64,000 nucleotides of DNA, from contig CAXXVO010000006.1 in NCBI GenBank assembly GCA_963422645.2, positions 160,001-224,000 of the forward strand, in the 5' to 3' direction. This stretch comes from Alphaproteobacteria bacterium (GTDB taxonomy: Bacteria > Pseudomonadota > Alphaproteobacteria > UBA828). The notes beneath the pieces were generated by a model. That model was not told the DNA's origin. It saw only the letters and a program-made list of their open reading frames with translations, and searched no databases. Below, piece after piece: positions 21,550 through 32,879 of this stretch. Numbering within the stretch: position 1 is the stretch's first letter; the number at the start of each line of letters is the position of its first letter. A program made the position numbers and the translations under genes.

Positions 21550-21722
21550 GGCGCGACACTACCACAAGCGGTTTCCAGCGTTTCGTGCGCCCAGTCGGCA
21601 TTTTCACCACGGTCGGGGCCGGCGTCGCTGACCCCTGTTTGCCCTATATTCGTCACGCTCATGGTCGAATCCCTCTGGTAGACTTGAAGGTCCGGGATCA
21701 CGCTGCGGAGGAGAGCCGATCG

Positions 21723-23198
21723 ATGGCGGCACGCGTTGTTCCACTCCGCCGGTGGGCGCGCTGGAGCCTCGCGGCGTCGGTGCCGCTTGGACTCGCGTTC
21801 TTGGTACTTGGCGTACTCGGCCTCACGCCGCCCATCGCGGCGGTGCTGTCGTGGGCTGGCCTCAGCCTGCTCGCGGCAGCCGTGGCCGGCCTGTTCCTTG
21901 CGGATGTCGGCGCCCTCGCCCGCCACGTAGAGGCTGCTGCCGGAAGCGACGACGAGGCCCGTCAGAGGCCGTCGCCGACGGGGCTGCTTACCCGCGAGCT
22001 CGCGGCATCGGTCGAGCGCCTGACCCGGCTCGGAGCCGAGGGCCGAGCGCGGCTCGCCGGCGAGCGGGCCGAGCTGGAGCGCGCGCTCGACGCCTTGCCC
22101 GAGCCGCTGCTGCTGCTGGATGGCGAACGCAAGGTCGTGCGTGCCAACCGGGCGGCGACATCACTGCTCGGCGGCGAAGTGACCGGGCGCCATATCTCCG
22201 CCTCGCTGCGCAATCCGCAGCTGATCGAGGCGGTCGAGCAGACCATCGAAGGTGGCGGCGGGCGCGATATCGAGTTCACGCTGCAGGCGCCGGTCGAGCG
22301 CACCTTCGCGGCGCGGGTCGAGCCGCTGCCCGAGCCAAGGGAAAGCGGCGCCGCCGTGCTGCTCGCGCTCGTTGACTTCACTGCCGTGCGCCGCACCGAT
22401 CAGATGCGGGCCGACTTCGTCGCCAATGCGAGCCACGAGATCAGGACGCCGCTCGCCACCCTGATGGGGTTCATCGAGACGCTCCAGGGCTCCGCCCGCG
22501 ACGATGCGGCCGCTCGCGAGCGCTTTCTCACCATCATGGATCAGCACGGCAAGCGCATGGCGCGCCTCGTAGAAGACCTGCTCTCGCTCTCGCGCATCGA
22601 GATGAACGAGCACACGCCGCCCACTGAGGCGGTGCCGCTCCCTTCCCTGCTCGCCAATGTGCGCAATACGCTCTCGTGGCGGGCAGAGCAGCGCGGGGTG
22701 AGCATTGCCATCGAGGCCGAAGAGGGCTTGCCCCCGGTGATCGGCGACGGCGACGAACTAACCCAGGTGTTTCTCAACTTGGTGGACAACGCGATCAAGT
22801 ACGGCGACGCCGAGGGAACAGTCAGCGTGCAAGTACGGCGGGTTGCAGAAGCCGAGGCCGCCGGCTGGATTGCGGGCAAGGACGGCGCGGTCTTGATTTC
22901 CGTCGCCGACCGAGGGGCGGGTATCCCGCGCGAGCAACTGCCGCGGCTGACGGAGCGCTTCTACCGTGTGGACAAGGCGCGCTCGCGCGAGCTCGGCGGC
23001 ACCGGCCTCGGGCTCGCCATCGTCAAGCACATCGTGAACAGGCACCGCGGCGCGCTCGCCATTGATAGCACCCCCGGCGAAGGCAGCACCTTTACCGTCT
23101 ACCTGCAGCCGGCAGCGCTGGCCGCCCCGGAGGGGGACGACGGGCCGGCCAACAACTCCACATCCGACCCGCCGGACGCTGGCGTCACAAAAGCGTAA
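21723..23198 (+). CDS. phoR: Phosphate regulon sensor histidine kinase PhoR
   Basis: TM + PAS, 'DFVANASHEIRTPL', 'RLTERFYRVD', 'GGTGLGLAIVKH'; upstream of pst genes. Confidence 0.92.
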   Translation: MAARVVPLRRWARWSLAASVPLGLAFLVLGVLGLTPPIAAVLSWAGLSLLAAAVAGLFLADVGALARHVEAAAGSDDEARQRPSPTGLLTRELAASVERLTRLGAEGRARLAGERAELERALDALPEPLLLLDGERKVVRANRAATSLLGGEVTGRHISASLRNPQLIEAVEQTIEGGGGRDIEFTLQAPVERTFAARVEPLPEPRESGAAVLLALVDFTAVRRTDQMRADFVANASHEIRTPLATLMGFIETLQGSARDDAAARERFLTIMDQHGKRMARLVEDLLSLSRIEMNEHTPPTEAVPLPSLLANVRNTLSWRAEQRGVSIAIEAEEGLPPVIGDGDELTQVFLNLVDNAIKYGDAEGTVSVQVRRVAEAEAAGWIAGKDGAVLISVADRGAGIPREQLPRLTERFYRVDKARSRELGGTGLGLAIVKHIVNRHRGALAIDSTPGEGSTFTVYLQPAALAAPEGDDGPANNSTSDPPDAGVTKA

Positions 23199-23203
23199 CG
23201 AAA
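23182..23203 (+). promoter_or_regulatory. Putative Pho box upstream of pstC
   Basis: gcGTCACaaaa-gcGTAACgaaa: two half-sites 11 bp apart resembling the CTGTCAT repeat. Confidence 0.6.
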
Positions 23204-23287
23204 TTGACTTATCCCTGCATCGGCCGATTCGTAGTGTGAGGCTAGCGCTCGCTTGAGCGGGCGCACGGGGCAGGGGCGGCCGTCGGC

Positions 23288-24670
23288 GTGCAGCTCACCA
23301 TTCTCCTCATTGCAGTGTTGGCGCTTGTGGTCATCGGCCTCTATTTCGGCCGACGGCGGGCGCTCAGCACGGCCGGCAGCAATCTCAGCAAACTCCACTC
23401 GATGCCGAGCTATCACGGCTGGTACGTGGCGCTCTGGTGCGGCATCCCGTCGGGTATCGTTCTTCTCGTCTGGCTGATCATCGAAGCGCCGATTCTGGAA
23501 GCGCTGCTGCTGTCGTACCTCGGACCGGAGGTGGCGAACCAGTCGGAGGCGATGATCGGCCTCCTGCTCAACGACGTGCGCAATCTGGCTTCGGGCGACG
23601 TGGTGAGCCGCGAGATCGACCCGGCCATGCAGGCGGCGGCAGACCGATACTCCAGCATGAAATCCACAGCCCAGGCCGCGGTGCTGGCGATCGGCGTGGC
23701 CTTGGGCGGCGCCGGCTTCGGCTGGGCCTGGCGGCGCATATCGCCAGGCCTGCGGACGCGCAACAAGGTCGAGCGGGTGGTGAACATCGCGCTCATCCTC
23801 TCCTCCTGCGTCGCCATCGTCACCACCATCGGCATCGTTCTCTCGGTGCTCTTCGAATCGATCCGCTTCTTCTCAATCATCCCCTTCTGGGACTTCCTGT
23901 TCGGCCTGAAATGGAGTCCGCAGACGGCGATCCGCGCGGATCAGGTGGGCAGCACCGGTGCGTTCGGCGCCATCCCGCTCTTCACCGGCACGCTGATGAT
24001 CACGGTGATCGCCATGCTGGTCGCGCTGCCGGTCGGCCTCTTCGCCGCCATCTACATGGCCGAATTCGCGAGCCCACGGTTCCGCAACGTGACCAAGCCC
24101 ATCCTGGAGATCCTGGCCGGCGTGCCCACGGTGGTTTACGGCTTCTTCGCGGCGCTGGTGGTGGCGCCCGCGGTCAGGGGGGCGGGCGAAGCCATCGGCC
24201 TCGATGTCGCGTCCGAGAGCGCGCTCGCCGCCGGCGCCGTCATGGGCATCATGATCATCCCTTTCATTTCGTCGCTGAGCGACGACGCCATCGTGGCCGT
24301 GCCCAACGCGCTGCGTGAGGGCTCGCTCGCCATGGGGGCGACCAAATCGGAGACCGTGGTCAGGGTCATCCTGCCGGCAGCCCTGCCCGGGATCGTCGCC
24401 GCCTGTCTGCTCGCGGTGAGCCGTGCCATCGGCGAGACCATGATCGTGGTCATGGCCGCGGGCCTCGCCGCCAACCTCACCGCCAATCCACTGGATGCGG
24501 TAACCACCGTCACGGTGCAGATCGTGACGCTGCTGGTCGGCGACCAGGAATTCGACAGCGCCAAGACTCTGGCCGCTTTTGCGCTCGGTCTGATGCTCTT
24601 CGTCGTGACGCTCGCGCTCAACGTCTTCGCGCTGCACATCGCGCGCAAGTATCGGGAGCAATATGACTGA
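23288..24670 (+). CDS. pstC: Phosphate ABC transporter permease PstC
   Basis: 'LAGVPTVVYG', 'SRAIGETM'. Confidence 0.95.
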   Translation: MQLTILLIAVLALVVIGLYFGRRRALSTAGSNLSKLHSMPSYHGWYVALWCGIPSGIVLLVWLIIEAPILEALLLSYLGPEVANQSEAMIGLLLNDVRNLASGDVVSREIDPAMQAAADRYSSMKSTAQAAVLAIGVALGGAGFGWAWRRISPGLRTRNKVERVVNIALILSSCVAIVTTIGIVLSVLFESIRFFSIIPFWDFLFGLKWSPQTAIRADQVGSTGAFGAIPLFTGTLMITVIAMLVALPVGLFAAIYMAEFASPRFRNVTKPILEILAGVPTVVYGFFAALVVAPAVRGAGEAIGLDVASESALAAGAVMGIMIIPFISSLSDDAIVAVPNALREGSLAMGATKSETVVRVILPAALPGIVAACLLAVSRAIGETMIVVMAAGLAANLTANPLDAVTTVTVQIVTLLVGDQEFDSAKTLAAFALGLMLFVVTLALNVFALHIARKYREQYD

Positions 24671-25973
24671 TCTCGCCCAATCGGCGCTCACCGGTGCCTG
24701 GCAGGACGCGGCCTGGACGGAGCGCAGGCTGCGCCGGCGCTACCGCGCCGAGCGCCGCTTCAAGATCTACGGCCTCGTTGCCGTGGGCCTCGCGCTCGCC
24801 GCCCTCGCGCTCCTGCTCGGCAGCGTCATCGCCAGCGGATATCCCGCCTTCGTGCGGACTTCGGTCGCGCTCGAGGTCTCCTTCGACCCCGGCCTCCTGG
24901 GTGTGGGCGATGCGCCGACGGCCGAAGAGTTGCAGAGGGCGAACTACGGCAGCCTGCTGCGGGAAGCGGTCTTCGCCGCCTTCCCCGAGGTGACGGCGCG
25001 GAAGGAGCGGCGCAAGCTGCTCAAGCTGGTCAGCACGGCGGCGCGCTTCGAGCTGCGCGAGATGATCGTGGACGATCCCTCGATCATCGGGACCACGCGG
25101 CGCGTCTGGCTAACGGCATCCAGCGATGTCGACATGATGAACAAGGGCAGCGCGCCGCGCGACGTGCCGCAGGACGAGCGCCGCCTCGACGACCAGCAGC
25201 TCGCCTGGATCGACACGCTGGATGCGGCAGGCTTCATAGAGACGGGCTTCAACGCTGGCTTCTTTATCGATGCGGATTCGCGGGAGCCGGAGATCGCCGG
25301 CATCGGCGGCGCGATCATGGGCTCCTTCTACATGCTGCTGGTCACGCTGGTGCTGGCGTTCCCGATCGGCGTGACCGCAGCCATCTACCTCGAGGAGTTC
25401 GCACCCAAGAACCGCATCACCGATCTGATCGAGGTGAACATCAACAACCTCGCGGCGGTGCCATCCATCGTGTTCGGCCTGCTCGGGCTCGCGGTGTTCA
25501 TCAACCTGTTCCACCTGCCGCGCTCCGCACCCATCGTGGGCGGGCTCACGCTCACCCTGATGACGCTGCCGACGATCATCATCGCCGCCCGTGCCGCGCT
25601 CATGGCGGTGCCGCCGTCGATCCGCGAGGGTGCCTACGGTGTCGGCGCCTCGCCGATCCAGGTGGTCTTCCACCACGTGCTGCCGCTCGCCATGCCCGGC
25701 ATCCTCACCGGCACGATCATCGGCATGGCCCGGGCACTGGGCGAGTCCGCGCCGCTGCTCATGATCGGGATGGTGGCCTTCATCGTCGACATCCCCGGCG
25801 GCCCCTTTGATCCGGCGACAGCGCTCCCCGTTCAGATCTTCCTCTGGGCCGACAGCCCCGAGCGCGGCTTCGTGGAGAAGGTCTCGGCGGCAATCCTCGT
25901 GCTTCTGGCGTTTCTGATCGTGATGAACGCCGCAGCGATCTATCTCAGGCGCAAATTCGAGATCCGCTGGTAG
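24663..25973 (+). CDS. pstA: Phosphate ABC transporter permease PstA
   Basis: '[11 protein letters not shown]', '[10 protein letters not shown]'. Confidence 0.95.
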   Translation: MTDLAQSALTGAWQDAAWTERRLRRRYRAERRFKIYGLVAVGLALAALALLLGSVIASGYPAFVRTSVALEVSFDPGLLGVGDAPTAEELQRANYGSLLREAVFAAFPEVTARKERRKLLKLVSTAARFELREMIVDDPSIIGTTRRVWLTASSDVDMMNKGSAPRDVPQDERRLDDQQLAWIDTLDAAGFIETGFNAGFFIDADSREPEIAGIGGAIMGSFYMLLVTLVLAFPIGVTAAIYLEEFAPKNRITDLIEVNINNLAAVPSIVFGLLGLAVFINLFHLPRSAPIVGGLTLTLMTLPTIIIAARAALMAVPPSIREGAYGVGASPIQVVFHHVLPLAMPGILTGTIIGMARALGESAPLLMIGMVAFIVDIPGGPFDPATALPVQIFLWADSPERGFVEKVSAAILVLLAFLIVMNAAAIYLRRKFEIRW

Positions 25974-25992
25974 GCGGGCAGGGAGTGGTATC

Positions 25993-26844
25993 GTGACGGA
26001 AGACACCGATGGGATTGTCTCGCTGATGATGGATGAAGACGGCGCGCCGGCCGCCGCCGGCAGCGACACCGACGCCGACAGGGCGCCCCGGATGCGGATG
26101 CGCGCGCGCGACGTTAACGTCTTCTACGCGGACAAGCAGGCGCTCTTCGATGTCGACATCGATCTCGCCCTAAACAAGGTGACGGCGCTGATCGGCCCGT
26201 CGGGCTGCGGCAAGTCGACCTTTCTGCGCTGCCTCAACCGCATGAACGACATCATCGACATCTGCCGGGTGACCGGATCGATCACGCTGGACGACCGGGA
26301 TATTTACAGCCGCGATATCGACGTGGTGCAGCTCAGGGCGCGCGTCGGCATGGTCTTCCAGAAGCCCAATCCCTTCCCGAAGTCGATCTACGAGAACGTG
26401 GCCTACGGGCCGCGCATCCACGGCCTCGCCGGCAAGGGGAGCGCGCTCGACGACATCGTGGAGCAAAGCCTGCGCCGCGCGGGCCTCTTCGACGAAGTCT
26501 CCGACCGGCTCCAACAACCGGGCACCGGGCTCTCCGGCGGACAGCAGCAGCGGCTCTGCATCGCGCGCGCCATTGCCATCAGCCCAGAGGTCATCCTGAT
26601 GGACGAGCCCTGCTCGGCGCTGGACCCCATCGCCACGGCGAAGGTCGAGGAGCTGATCGACGAGCTCCGCGAGCACTACACGATCGCCATTGTCACCCAC
26701 AACATGCAGCAGGCCGCCCGGGTCTCCCAGTTCACGGCGTTCTTCCATCTGGGCGAGCTGGTGGAGTTCGAAGCGACCGAGCAGATCTTCACCAATCCGC
26801 ACGATCAGCGGACGCAGGATTACATCACCGGGCGCTTCGGCTAG
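25993..26844 (+). CDS. pstB: Phosphate ABC transporter ATPase PstB
   Basis: 'GPSGCGKST', 'FQKPNPFP', 'LSGGQQQR', 'YITGRFG'. Confidence 0.96.
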   Translation: MTEDTDGIVSLMMDEDGAPAAAGSDTDADRAPRMRMRARDVNVFYADKQALFDVDIDLALNKVTALIGPSGCGKSTFLRCLNRMNDIIDICRVTGSITLDDRDIYSRDIDVVQLRARVGMVFQKPNPFPKSIYENVAYGPRIHGLAGKGSALDDIVEQSLRRAGLFDEVSDRLQQPGTGLSGGQQQRLCIARAIAISPEVILMDEPCSALDPIATAKVEELIDELREHYTIAIVTHNMQQAARVSQFTAFFHLGELVEFEATEQIFTNPHDQRTQDYITGRFG

Positions 26845-26879
26845 GCGCGGGCGAGGGCTAAGGACAAGGAGAGCGACCG

Positions 26880-27608
26880 ATGGCTGCCGAGCATACGGTC
26901 AAGGCCTACGACGAGGAGCTGGATCGCATGAACAACGCGATCCTGGAAATGGGCGGGATCGTCGAGCAGCAGCTCGCCGCCTCCATCGCCTCGCTGGTCC
27001 GCCGCGACGACGACGCAGCCTCCCGCGTCATCACCGACGACCGGCGCGTGGACGCGCTGGAGGCCGAGATCGACCAGCTGGCGGTGCGCATCCTTGCGCT
27101 GCGCCAGCCGGTCGCCGTGGATCTGCGGGTGATTACCGCCTCTCTCAAAGTGGCGAGCGACCTGGAGCGGATGGGGGACTACGCCGCCAACGTCGCCAAG
27201 CGCTCCATCGCCATCCAGGACATCGACCCCGTCCGGCTCACCCACACGATCTCGCGGATGGCGGGCATCGCCCAGGGCATGATCAAGGACGTGCTCGATT
27301 CATTCAGGGACCGCGATGTGGAGCGGGCGATGGCGGTCTGGCGGCGCGACGAGGATGTGGACGAATCCTACAACAGCCTCTTCCGCGAGCTGCTCACTTA
27401 CATGATGGAGGATCCGCGCCGCATCACCACGTGCGCGCACCTGCTCTTCATCGCCAAGAATATCGAGCGGATCGGCGATCACGCGACCAACATCGCCGAG
27501 ACAGTGAACTACGTGGTGACAGGCACCCCGGTAGAGGAAGAGCGGCCCAAAGGCGACGTGACCTCCTTCCACCAGGAGGGCGACGAGACGGAGGCGACGG
27601 CGCCATGA
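26880..27608 (+). CDS. phoU: Phosphate signalling protein PhoU
   Basis: 'DLERMGD', 'NIERIGDHATNIAE'. Confidence 0.96.
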   Translation: MAAEHTVKAYDEELDRMNNAILEMGGIVEQQLAASIASLVRRDDDAASRVITDDRRVDALEAEIDQLAVRILALRQPVAVDLRVITASLKVASDLERMGDYAANVAKRSIAIQDIDPVRLTHTISRMAGIAQGMIKDVLDSFRDRDVERAMAVWRRDEDVDESYNSLFRELLTYMMEDPRRITTCAHLLFIAKNIERIGDHATNIAETVNYVVTGTPVEEERPKGDVTSFHQEGDETEATAP

Positions 27609-28297
27609 AGCCATACATTCTGGTCGTCGAGGACGAGGCGGCGCTGCTCACGCTGCTCCGCTACAACCTGGAGAAAGGCGGCTTCGAGGTGGACGAGGCC
27701 GTGGACGGCGAGGAGGCGCTGCTCATGGTGGATGAGCGGCGCCCCGACCTGATGGTGCTCGATTGGATGCTGCCGACCCTCTCCGGCATCGAGGTCTGCC
27801 GCCGCATCAGGCGGCGGCAGGACCCGCAGCCCCTCCCGATCGTCATGCTGACGGCGCGCGGCGATGAGGCGGACAGGGTGCGCGGCCTCGACGGCGGCGC
27901 GGACGACTACGTGGTCAAGCCCTTCTCGCCGGCCGAGCTGCTCGCCCGTATCCGCGCGATTCTGAGGCGCATGCGGCCCGCGCTCGGCGACGAGGTGCTG
28001 CACTATGCCGACCTCAAGATGGACCTCGCCGCTCACAGGGTGATGCGGGGGGACGAATCGATCCACCTGGGGCCGACCGAGTTCCGGCTGCTGCGGCATC
28101 TGATGGAGCACCCCGGCCGCGTCTTCTCGCGCGAGCAGCTGCTCGATTCGGTCTGGGGCCCGGACATCTTCATCGAGAGCCGGACGGTGGACGTGCACGT
28201 GCGCCGCCTGCGCCAGGCGCTCAACGCCGAGCGCCGGCCGGACCTGATCCGGACCGTCCGCTCGGCCGGCTACGCCCTGGATTCAGGCGTGGGTTGA
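27605..28297 (+). CDS. phoB: Response regulator PhoB
   Basis: 'LDWMLP', 'GADDYVVKPFS', 'LGPTEFRLL', 'RTVDVH'; ATGA overlap with phoU. Confidence 0.96.
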   Translation: MKPYILVVEDEAALLTLLRYNLEKGGFEVDEAVDGEEALLMVDERRPDLMVLDWMLPTLSGIEVCRRIRRRQDPQPLPIVMLTARGDEADRVRGLDGGADDYVVKPFSPAELLARIRAILRRMRPALGDEVLHYADLKMDLAAHRVMRGDESIHLGPTEFRLLRHLMEHPGRVFSREQLLDSVWGPDIFIESRTVDVHVRRLRQALNAERRPDLIRTVRSAGYALDSGVG

Positions 28298-28906
28298 GGT
28301 GCGTGGCTTCGCTGTCGGTGGGACGCCGCCGCCGCGTGTGGCATTTGCGCCACAGTGAGCTGGAATTTATTGTATCTGACCGGTTTCTGACATGCTCAAT
28401 GGTGGTTGGAGCTTGCGTTGCGCACGCGCTCCAGTCCATTCTCTCGACGCGGCGGGTAGCGCCAGTACAAGGGCGTACCGCCGCTGATCCATGCATGGAA
28501 CACCATAATCGCGCGAATGAGGAGGATGGGAGGATGAAGAAGGAAGCGCGAAGTATGAGGAAGCGCTTCGTTCAAGTGTCATTCGTACTCCTGACTACGC
28601 TTGTCTACGACAACTAGCTGATTCGATACACTGATCGTTCATCCCCCCCGTAGCTTCTGTATCGATCTCCCGACTCGCGTACGCAGGCGTACGCGGGAGT
28701 TTGACATCACTCGCTTGCGTGGCGCTTACGGGATCGTGTACCCTCTCCGGGCGTGATCGAGGCGTTCGATCACGCGGCGATGGCGGGATCGAGGTCCCGG
28801 CGGGCAAGCGGCGAAGCCCGGCTGACGCGGACCGCCACAGGCCCTTTCACCATCGCCATTCCATGATCGAACGCCCTCTCGCGATGGTCAACGGGGTGGT
28901 GATTTT

Positions 28907-29438
28907 ATGTCACAATGCCGGGAGCGCACAATCTCCAAGCGGACCGTCGATGCCCTTTCCATCGAGGATCGGGACGCCATCTTCTGGGACCGCGATTTGT
29001 CCGGCTTCGGGGTGCGCGTCTACCCCTCGGGCCGCAAGGTCTACGTCGTGCAGAGCCGGGGGCCGCGCGGCTCCAGGCGGGTCACGCTGGGCCGGCATGG
29101 GGAGATTACCGCCGAGCAGGCGCGCAAGCGCGCCGCCGGGATCATCGACAGGATCAAGACCGGGCAGGAGCCGCTGCCTGCGGAGCCCGAGAAGGAGACA
29201 CGGGGCCGAGCGTAGCCGACCTTGCCGACCGCTTCATGCGCGCGCATGTGGCGGTGAACTGCAAGCCGGCGACGGCGGTGCGCTATGGGGGGCTGCTCAG
29301 GAACTGCATCCTGCCCGTCCTCGGGTCGATGCCGATCGGTTCTGTCGAGCGCACGCACGTGGCGGACCTGCACTACGCGCTTAGGGACCGGCCGAGCTCG
29401 GCGAACAGGTCGGTCGACATTTTGAAGAAGATGTTTTC
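28907..29438 (+). pseudogene. Tyrosine integrase N-terminus (arm-binding + core-binding domains), frameshifted near 29200 and truncated by an IS66 end
   Basis: 'FWD..LSGFGVRVYPSGRK...VTLGRHG..TAEQAR', then 'SVADLADRF...ANR...LKKMF' in another frame. Confidence 0.85.
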
Positions 29439-29586
29439 GTAACTGCCCAGGTCGTCTGATTTGTCATTTTGGGCCAGTGGATTGAGGCGTTTCTCGTTCG
29501 GAGTTGGTGGAAAGGGCTTGACGGGAATTTCGGGAAATGACTCAACAACGACATGAGCAATCCCGAGTCGCCGCGCGGCCCTTCGA
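29439..29586 (+). mobile_element. Left-end fragment of the IS66 element
   Basis: GTAACTGCCCAGGTCGTCTG..., matches the reverse complement of 39662-39809; cut by IS21. Confidence 0.88.
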
Positions 29587-29788
29587 TGTCAATCGGCTTT
29601 CAATACTGACCCCCGATCGGCGTGCAAAATTGACCCCCCTGAGTGGCACGGCGGAGGTTGTCCCGGTAGCCAATAGGGGGGACCCGCGCGGCTTCGTGTG
29701 GCGCCCTGCGCTACGCGGAGCGAAGCCGCGTGGGGGGTCCCTGTTGGCCCACCGGGGCAACCGGGCCGCAAGGGAGGCCGGCGGCGGG

Positions 29789-30517
29789 TCAGGAGCGGTT
29801 CTTGAAGCGCCAGCTCTCGTTGCCGGTCTCGATGATCTCGCAATGATGGGTGAGGCGATCGAGCAGCGCTGTGGTCATCTTGGGGTCGCCGAAGACGGAT
29901 GGCCATTCGCCGAAGGCGAGGTTTGTGGTGATGACGATCGAGGTGCGCTCGTAGAGCCGGCTCATCAGATGGAAGAGCAGCTGCCCACCGGCCTGGGCGA
30001 AGGGCAGGTAGCCGAGCTCGTCGAGGATGACGAAGTCGCGGCGGACGAGCTGGTCTGCAGTGCGGCCCTGGCGTCCGGCGCGAAGCTCGGCCTCGAGGAG
30101 GTTGACCAGGTCGACGACGTTGTAGCACCGGCCGCGCGCGCCCTTGCGGATGCAGGACCGCGCGATGGCGACGGCGAGATGGGTCTTGCCGGTACCGGTG
30201 CCGCCGACCAGCACGATGTTGCGTTTGCCCTCGAGGAAGCCGCCGCCGGCGAGCTCCTGGATCAGGGGCTCGTTGACCGGCGAGGCGGCGAAGTCGAAGT
30301 CGGCCAGCTCCTTGACCGTCGGCAGCTTGGCGGAGGCCATCTGGTACTTGATCGAGCGGGCCCTCTTGTCGGCGATCTCGACCTGCAGCAGCGTACCGAT
30401 GATCTGTTGCACCGGATGGCGGCGCTTGAGCCCGTCGGCAAGGATGTCGTCGTAAGCGGCGCGCATACCTGCGAGCTTCAGCTGGGTCATCATCTCCAGC
30501 ACATCATGACGCTCCAT
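29789..30517 (-). CDS. istB: IS21 helper ATPase IstB
   Basis: '[11 protein letters not shown]', 'LDELGY', 'LLDRLTHH'. Confidence 0.95.
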   Translation of the reverse strand: MERHDVLEMMTQLKLAGMRAAYDDILADGLKRRHPVQQIIGTLLQVEIADKRARSIKYQMASAKLPTVKELADFDFAASPVNEPLIQELAGGGFLEGKRNIVLVGGTGTGKTHLAVAIARSCIRKGARGRCYNVVDLVNLLEAELRAGRQGRTADQLVRRDFVILDELGYLPFAQAGGQLLFHLMSRLYERTSIVITTNLAFGEWPSVFGDPKMTTALLDRLTHHCEIIETGNESWRFKNRS

Positions 30518-32018
30518 GACCGGCCTCCCTCAGGCTGTCGTAGCGCTGACAGTCGGCTACCGGCTTGTGGCGAAGCTGCAGGCCCTCGGGCGTCGGGATG
30601 ATTGCCGGCGGTGCCGGCTGGCGCTGCCGGGCGAGGATGTTGAGCACCACGTCGGCGCTGCAGGCACCGCAGTCGAGCGTCTCGGCACAGGCCGCCTCAA
30701 CCGCCTCCAGTCCGTCCTCCAGCACCGCCGCGAGCACCTTGACGAACTGCCGGTCGCCGTCGTCGTGGCCCGCGAGCCGGGTTCGCAGGCGGCCGAGCGC
30801 GTTGGGCAACTGCCAGTCCTTGAAGGGCGCGCCATTGCGTAGCGCGCCGGGCTTCCGCGTCAGGATCGGCACGTAATGCCACGGATCGTAGACGAACCGG
30901 CCGCGCCCGAAGCTGCGGGGGTGCTCGGCAACGGTCTCGCCGTCCTGGCGGATGACGATCCGATCGGCATAGGCCCGCACGTCCACCGGCCGGCCGACGG
31001 CGCGGGCCGCGACGCTGTACTGGTTGTTGTCGAAGCGCACCAGACAGGTCTTCGAGACCGACACCTCGCTGGCATGGAAGCCGTCGAAGGGGCCGCGATA
31101 CGCCATCAGGAAGGGCTGCTCCTCCTCGAACACCTGCCACACCGTCTTGCCCGGGATTGTCGGATGCGGATGCTTCTTGGCGTCCTCGATGCACCGATCC
31201 ATCAGCCACTCGTTGATCTCGGCGTAGGAGCGGCCCCGCGGGATGGGCACGAACAGGCGGCCGCGAAGGTCACCCACCTGCTTCTCGACCTGCCCCTTCT
31301 CCCAGCCAGCCCCTGGCGTGCACGCCACAGGCTCCACCAGATGGTGCGAGCACAGCTCCTGGAAGCGGCGGTTGTAGTCCCGCTTCTTGCCCACGAAGAT
31401 CGTGCTCACCGCCGTCTTCATGTTGTCGTAGATGCCCCGCCGGCAGACCCCGCCGAAGAAGCGGAAGGCACGCTCGTGCGCCTCGAAGACCATCTCCTGG
31501 CTCTCGCGGGGAAAGATCTGGACCAGATACATCCGGCTGTGGCACAGCCGCATGTGCGCCGCCTTCACCCTGGTCGTCGCGCCCGACAGACGCGCGTACT
31601 CGTGGCTCCAGTCGAACTGGTAGGCCTCGCCGGGATCGAAGATCAGCGGCACATAGGCCTGCGCCGGCGACAACAGCCGCCACCGGCGCCGCCAGGCCCT
31701 GGCATAGCGGCGAACCGCGTCATAGCCGCCCTTGTAGCCCAGCGACACAAGGTCTTCATGAATCCGCAGAAGAGACAGCCGATCCTTGCGTGCCTTCTTC
31801 TCGTTGGCCTTCAGCTGGCGCTCAAGCTCCTCCACCCACAGCCCAAGCTTCGGCATCGGCTGGATCTTGCGCTCGTAGCTGTGCGAGGTCGCATCGCCCC
31901 GCACCACCTTGCGTATCGTGTTCTTGGAAACCCTCAAATCCCGGGCGAGCTTCTTGATCGGAACGCCCTTCACCAGATGATCCCGACGGATCTTCGCGAT
32001 CGTTTCCACAACCAGCAT
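30504..32018 (-). CDS. istA: IS21 transposase IstA
   Basis: 'QFDW', 'YDNMKTAV', 'EKGQVE'. Confidence 0.95.
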   Translation of the reverse strand: MLVVETIAKIRRDHLVKGVPIKKLARDLRVSKNTIRKVVRGDATSHSYERKIQPMPKLGLWVEELERQLKANEKKARKDRLSLLRIHEDLVSLGYKGGYDAVRRYARAWRRRWRLLSPAQAYVPLIFDPGEAYQFDWSHEYARLSGATTRVKAAHMRLCHSRMYLVQIFPRESQEMVFEAHERAFRFFGGVCRRGIYDNMKTAVSTIFVGKKRDYNRRFQELCSHHLVEPVACTPGAGWEKGQVEKQVGDLRGRLFVPIPRGRSYAEINEWLMDRCIEDAKKHPHPTIPGKTVWQVFEEEQPFLMAYRGPFDGFHASEVSVSKTCLVRFDNNQYSVAARAVGRPVDVRAYADRIVIRQDGETVAEHPRSFGRGRFVYDPWHYVPILTRKPGALRNGAPFKDWQLPNALGRLRTRLAGHDDGDRQFVKVLAAVLEDGLEAVEAACAETLDCGACSADVVLNILARQRQPAPPAIIPTPEGLQLRHKPVADCQRYDSLREAGHGAS

Positions 32019-32137
32019 CTCCCCCACCACCCCGTCCGTCCAAACGACGAGGTGTGTTCATGGACACAAATCCAAGGGGGTCAATTTTGGACGCCGATCA
32101 CCCCCAATAGGGGGTCACTTTTCCACGCTTAACAACA

Positions 32138-32607
32138 GTCAGGGACCTCCAGGATGTCCGCGACATCGTCAGGGCCAGCCGCAGGGAGACGCCCAAGCAC
32201 TGCCGGGCCGGCGACCTCGACGAAGCCGAGCAGCTCGATGCCTTGCCCGCGCGCGAGCGCCTCCTCCTCGACGTCATCCGGATGATCGCCTACCGCGCCG
32301 AAACCCGCATGATGCTTCCCGTCATGCAGGCGCAGGGCCACAAGCCCCATCCCCGGAAACTGCTTCAAGCGCTGCTCACCGCCGATGCCGACATCCTGCC
32401 GGATCCTGGCAATGGCCTCCTGCGGGTCCACATTCTTGGCCTCGCAAACGACGCCTGCGACCGTTGGATCGATGCGGTTCTGAGCGACCTGAACGCCACC
32501 GAAACGGTCTTCCCCGGCACCCGTCTGCGCATAGTCTACGACATCGACGGGGCCTCGGAATCCGCGCGGCTCGTGTCACCTAAAATCAGCAGAGGTCAGG
32601 AAGTCTG
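32138..32607 (+). mobile_element. 3' fragment (470 bp) of the ANNNT-targeting IS
   Basis: Matches the transposase C-terminus and TIR of 10674-13185; followed by AGCCT. Confidence 0.88.
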
Positions 32608-32879
32608 AGCCTTAGCCAGTCCTCTAGTCACTTTCGTATATAATTTCCCATTTTTGCCGCTTCTCGATAACTATCCACTGCAAATATCGATAATTCCTGA
32701 GGTGTACCTGGCTGCAGGGGAAGGGGCTTAATCTGTCAGAGTCTAGCTATAGGCGAAACACCAAGTTTAGTGCATCAATCCCGCTGCTCAGCACCTTCTC
32801 AGTCGATTCAGATGATATCACTTACTCAGTGTCCATCCTAGCACCACAACCAAACGCCCACCGTTACCCAGCCCATCGC

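Larger units (their letters stand above)
29587..32137 (-). mobile_element. IS21-family element, copy 1 (2551 bp)
   Basis: TG...CA ends with repeated TGACCCCC motifs, istA/istB; no TSD. Confidence 0.93.

Noticed and set aside
28298-28906. tRNA/att site next to the integrase
   Set aside because: No cloverleaf with a T-loop/CCA end and no matching direct repeat found by eye
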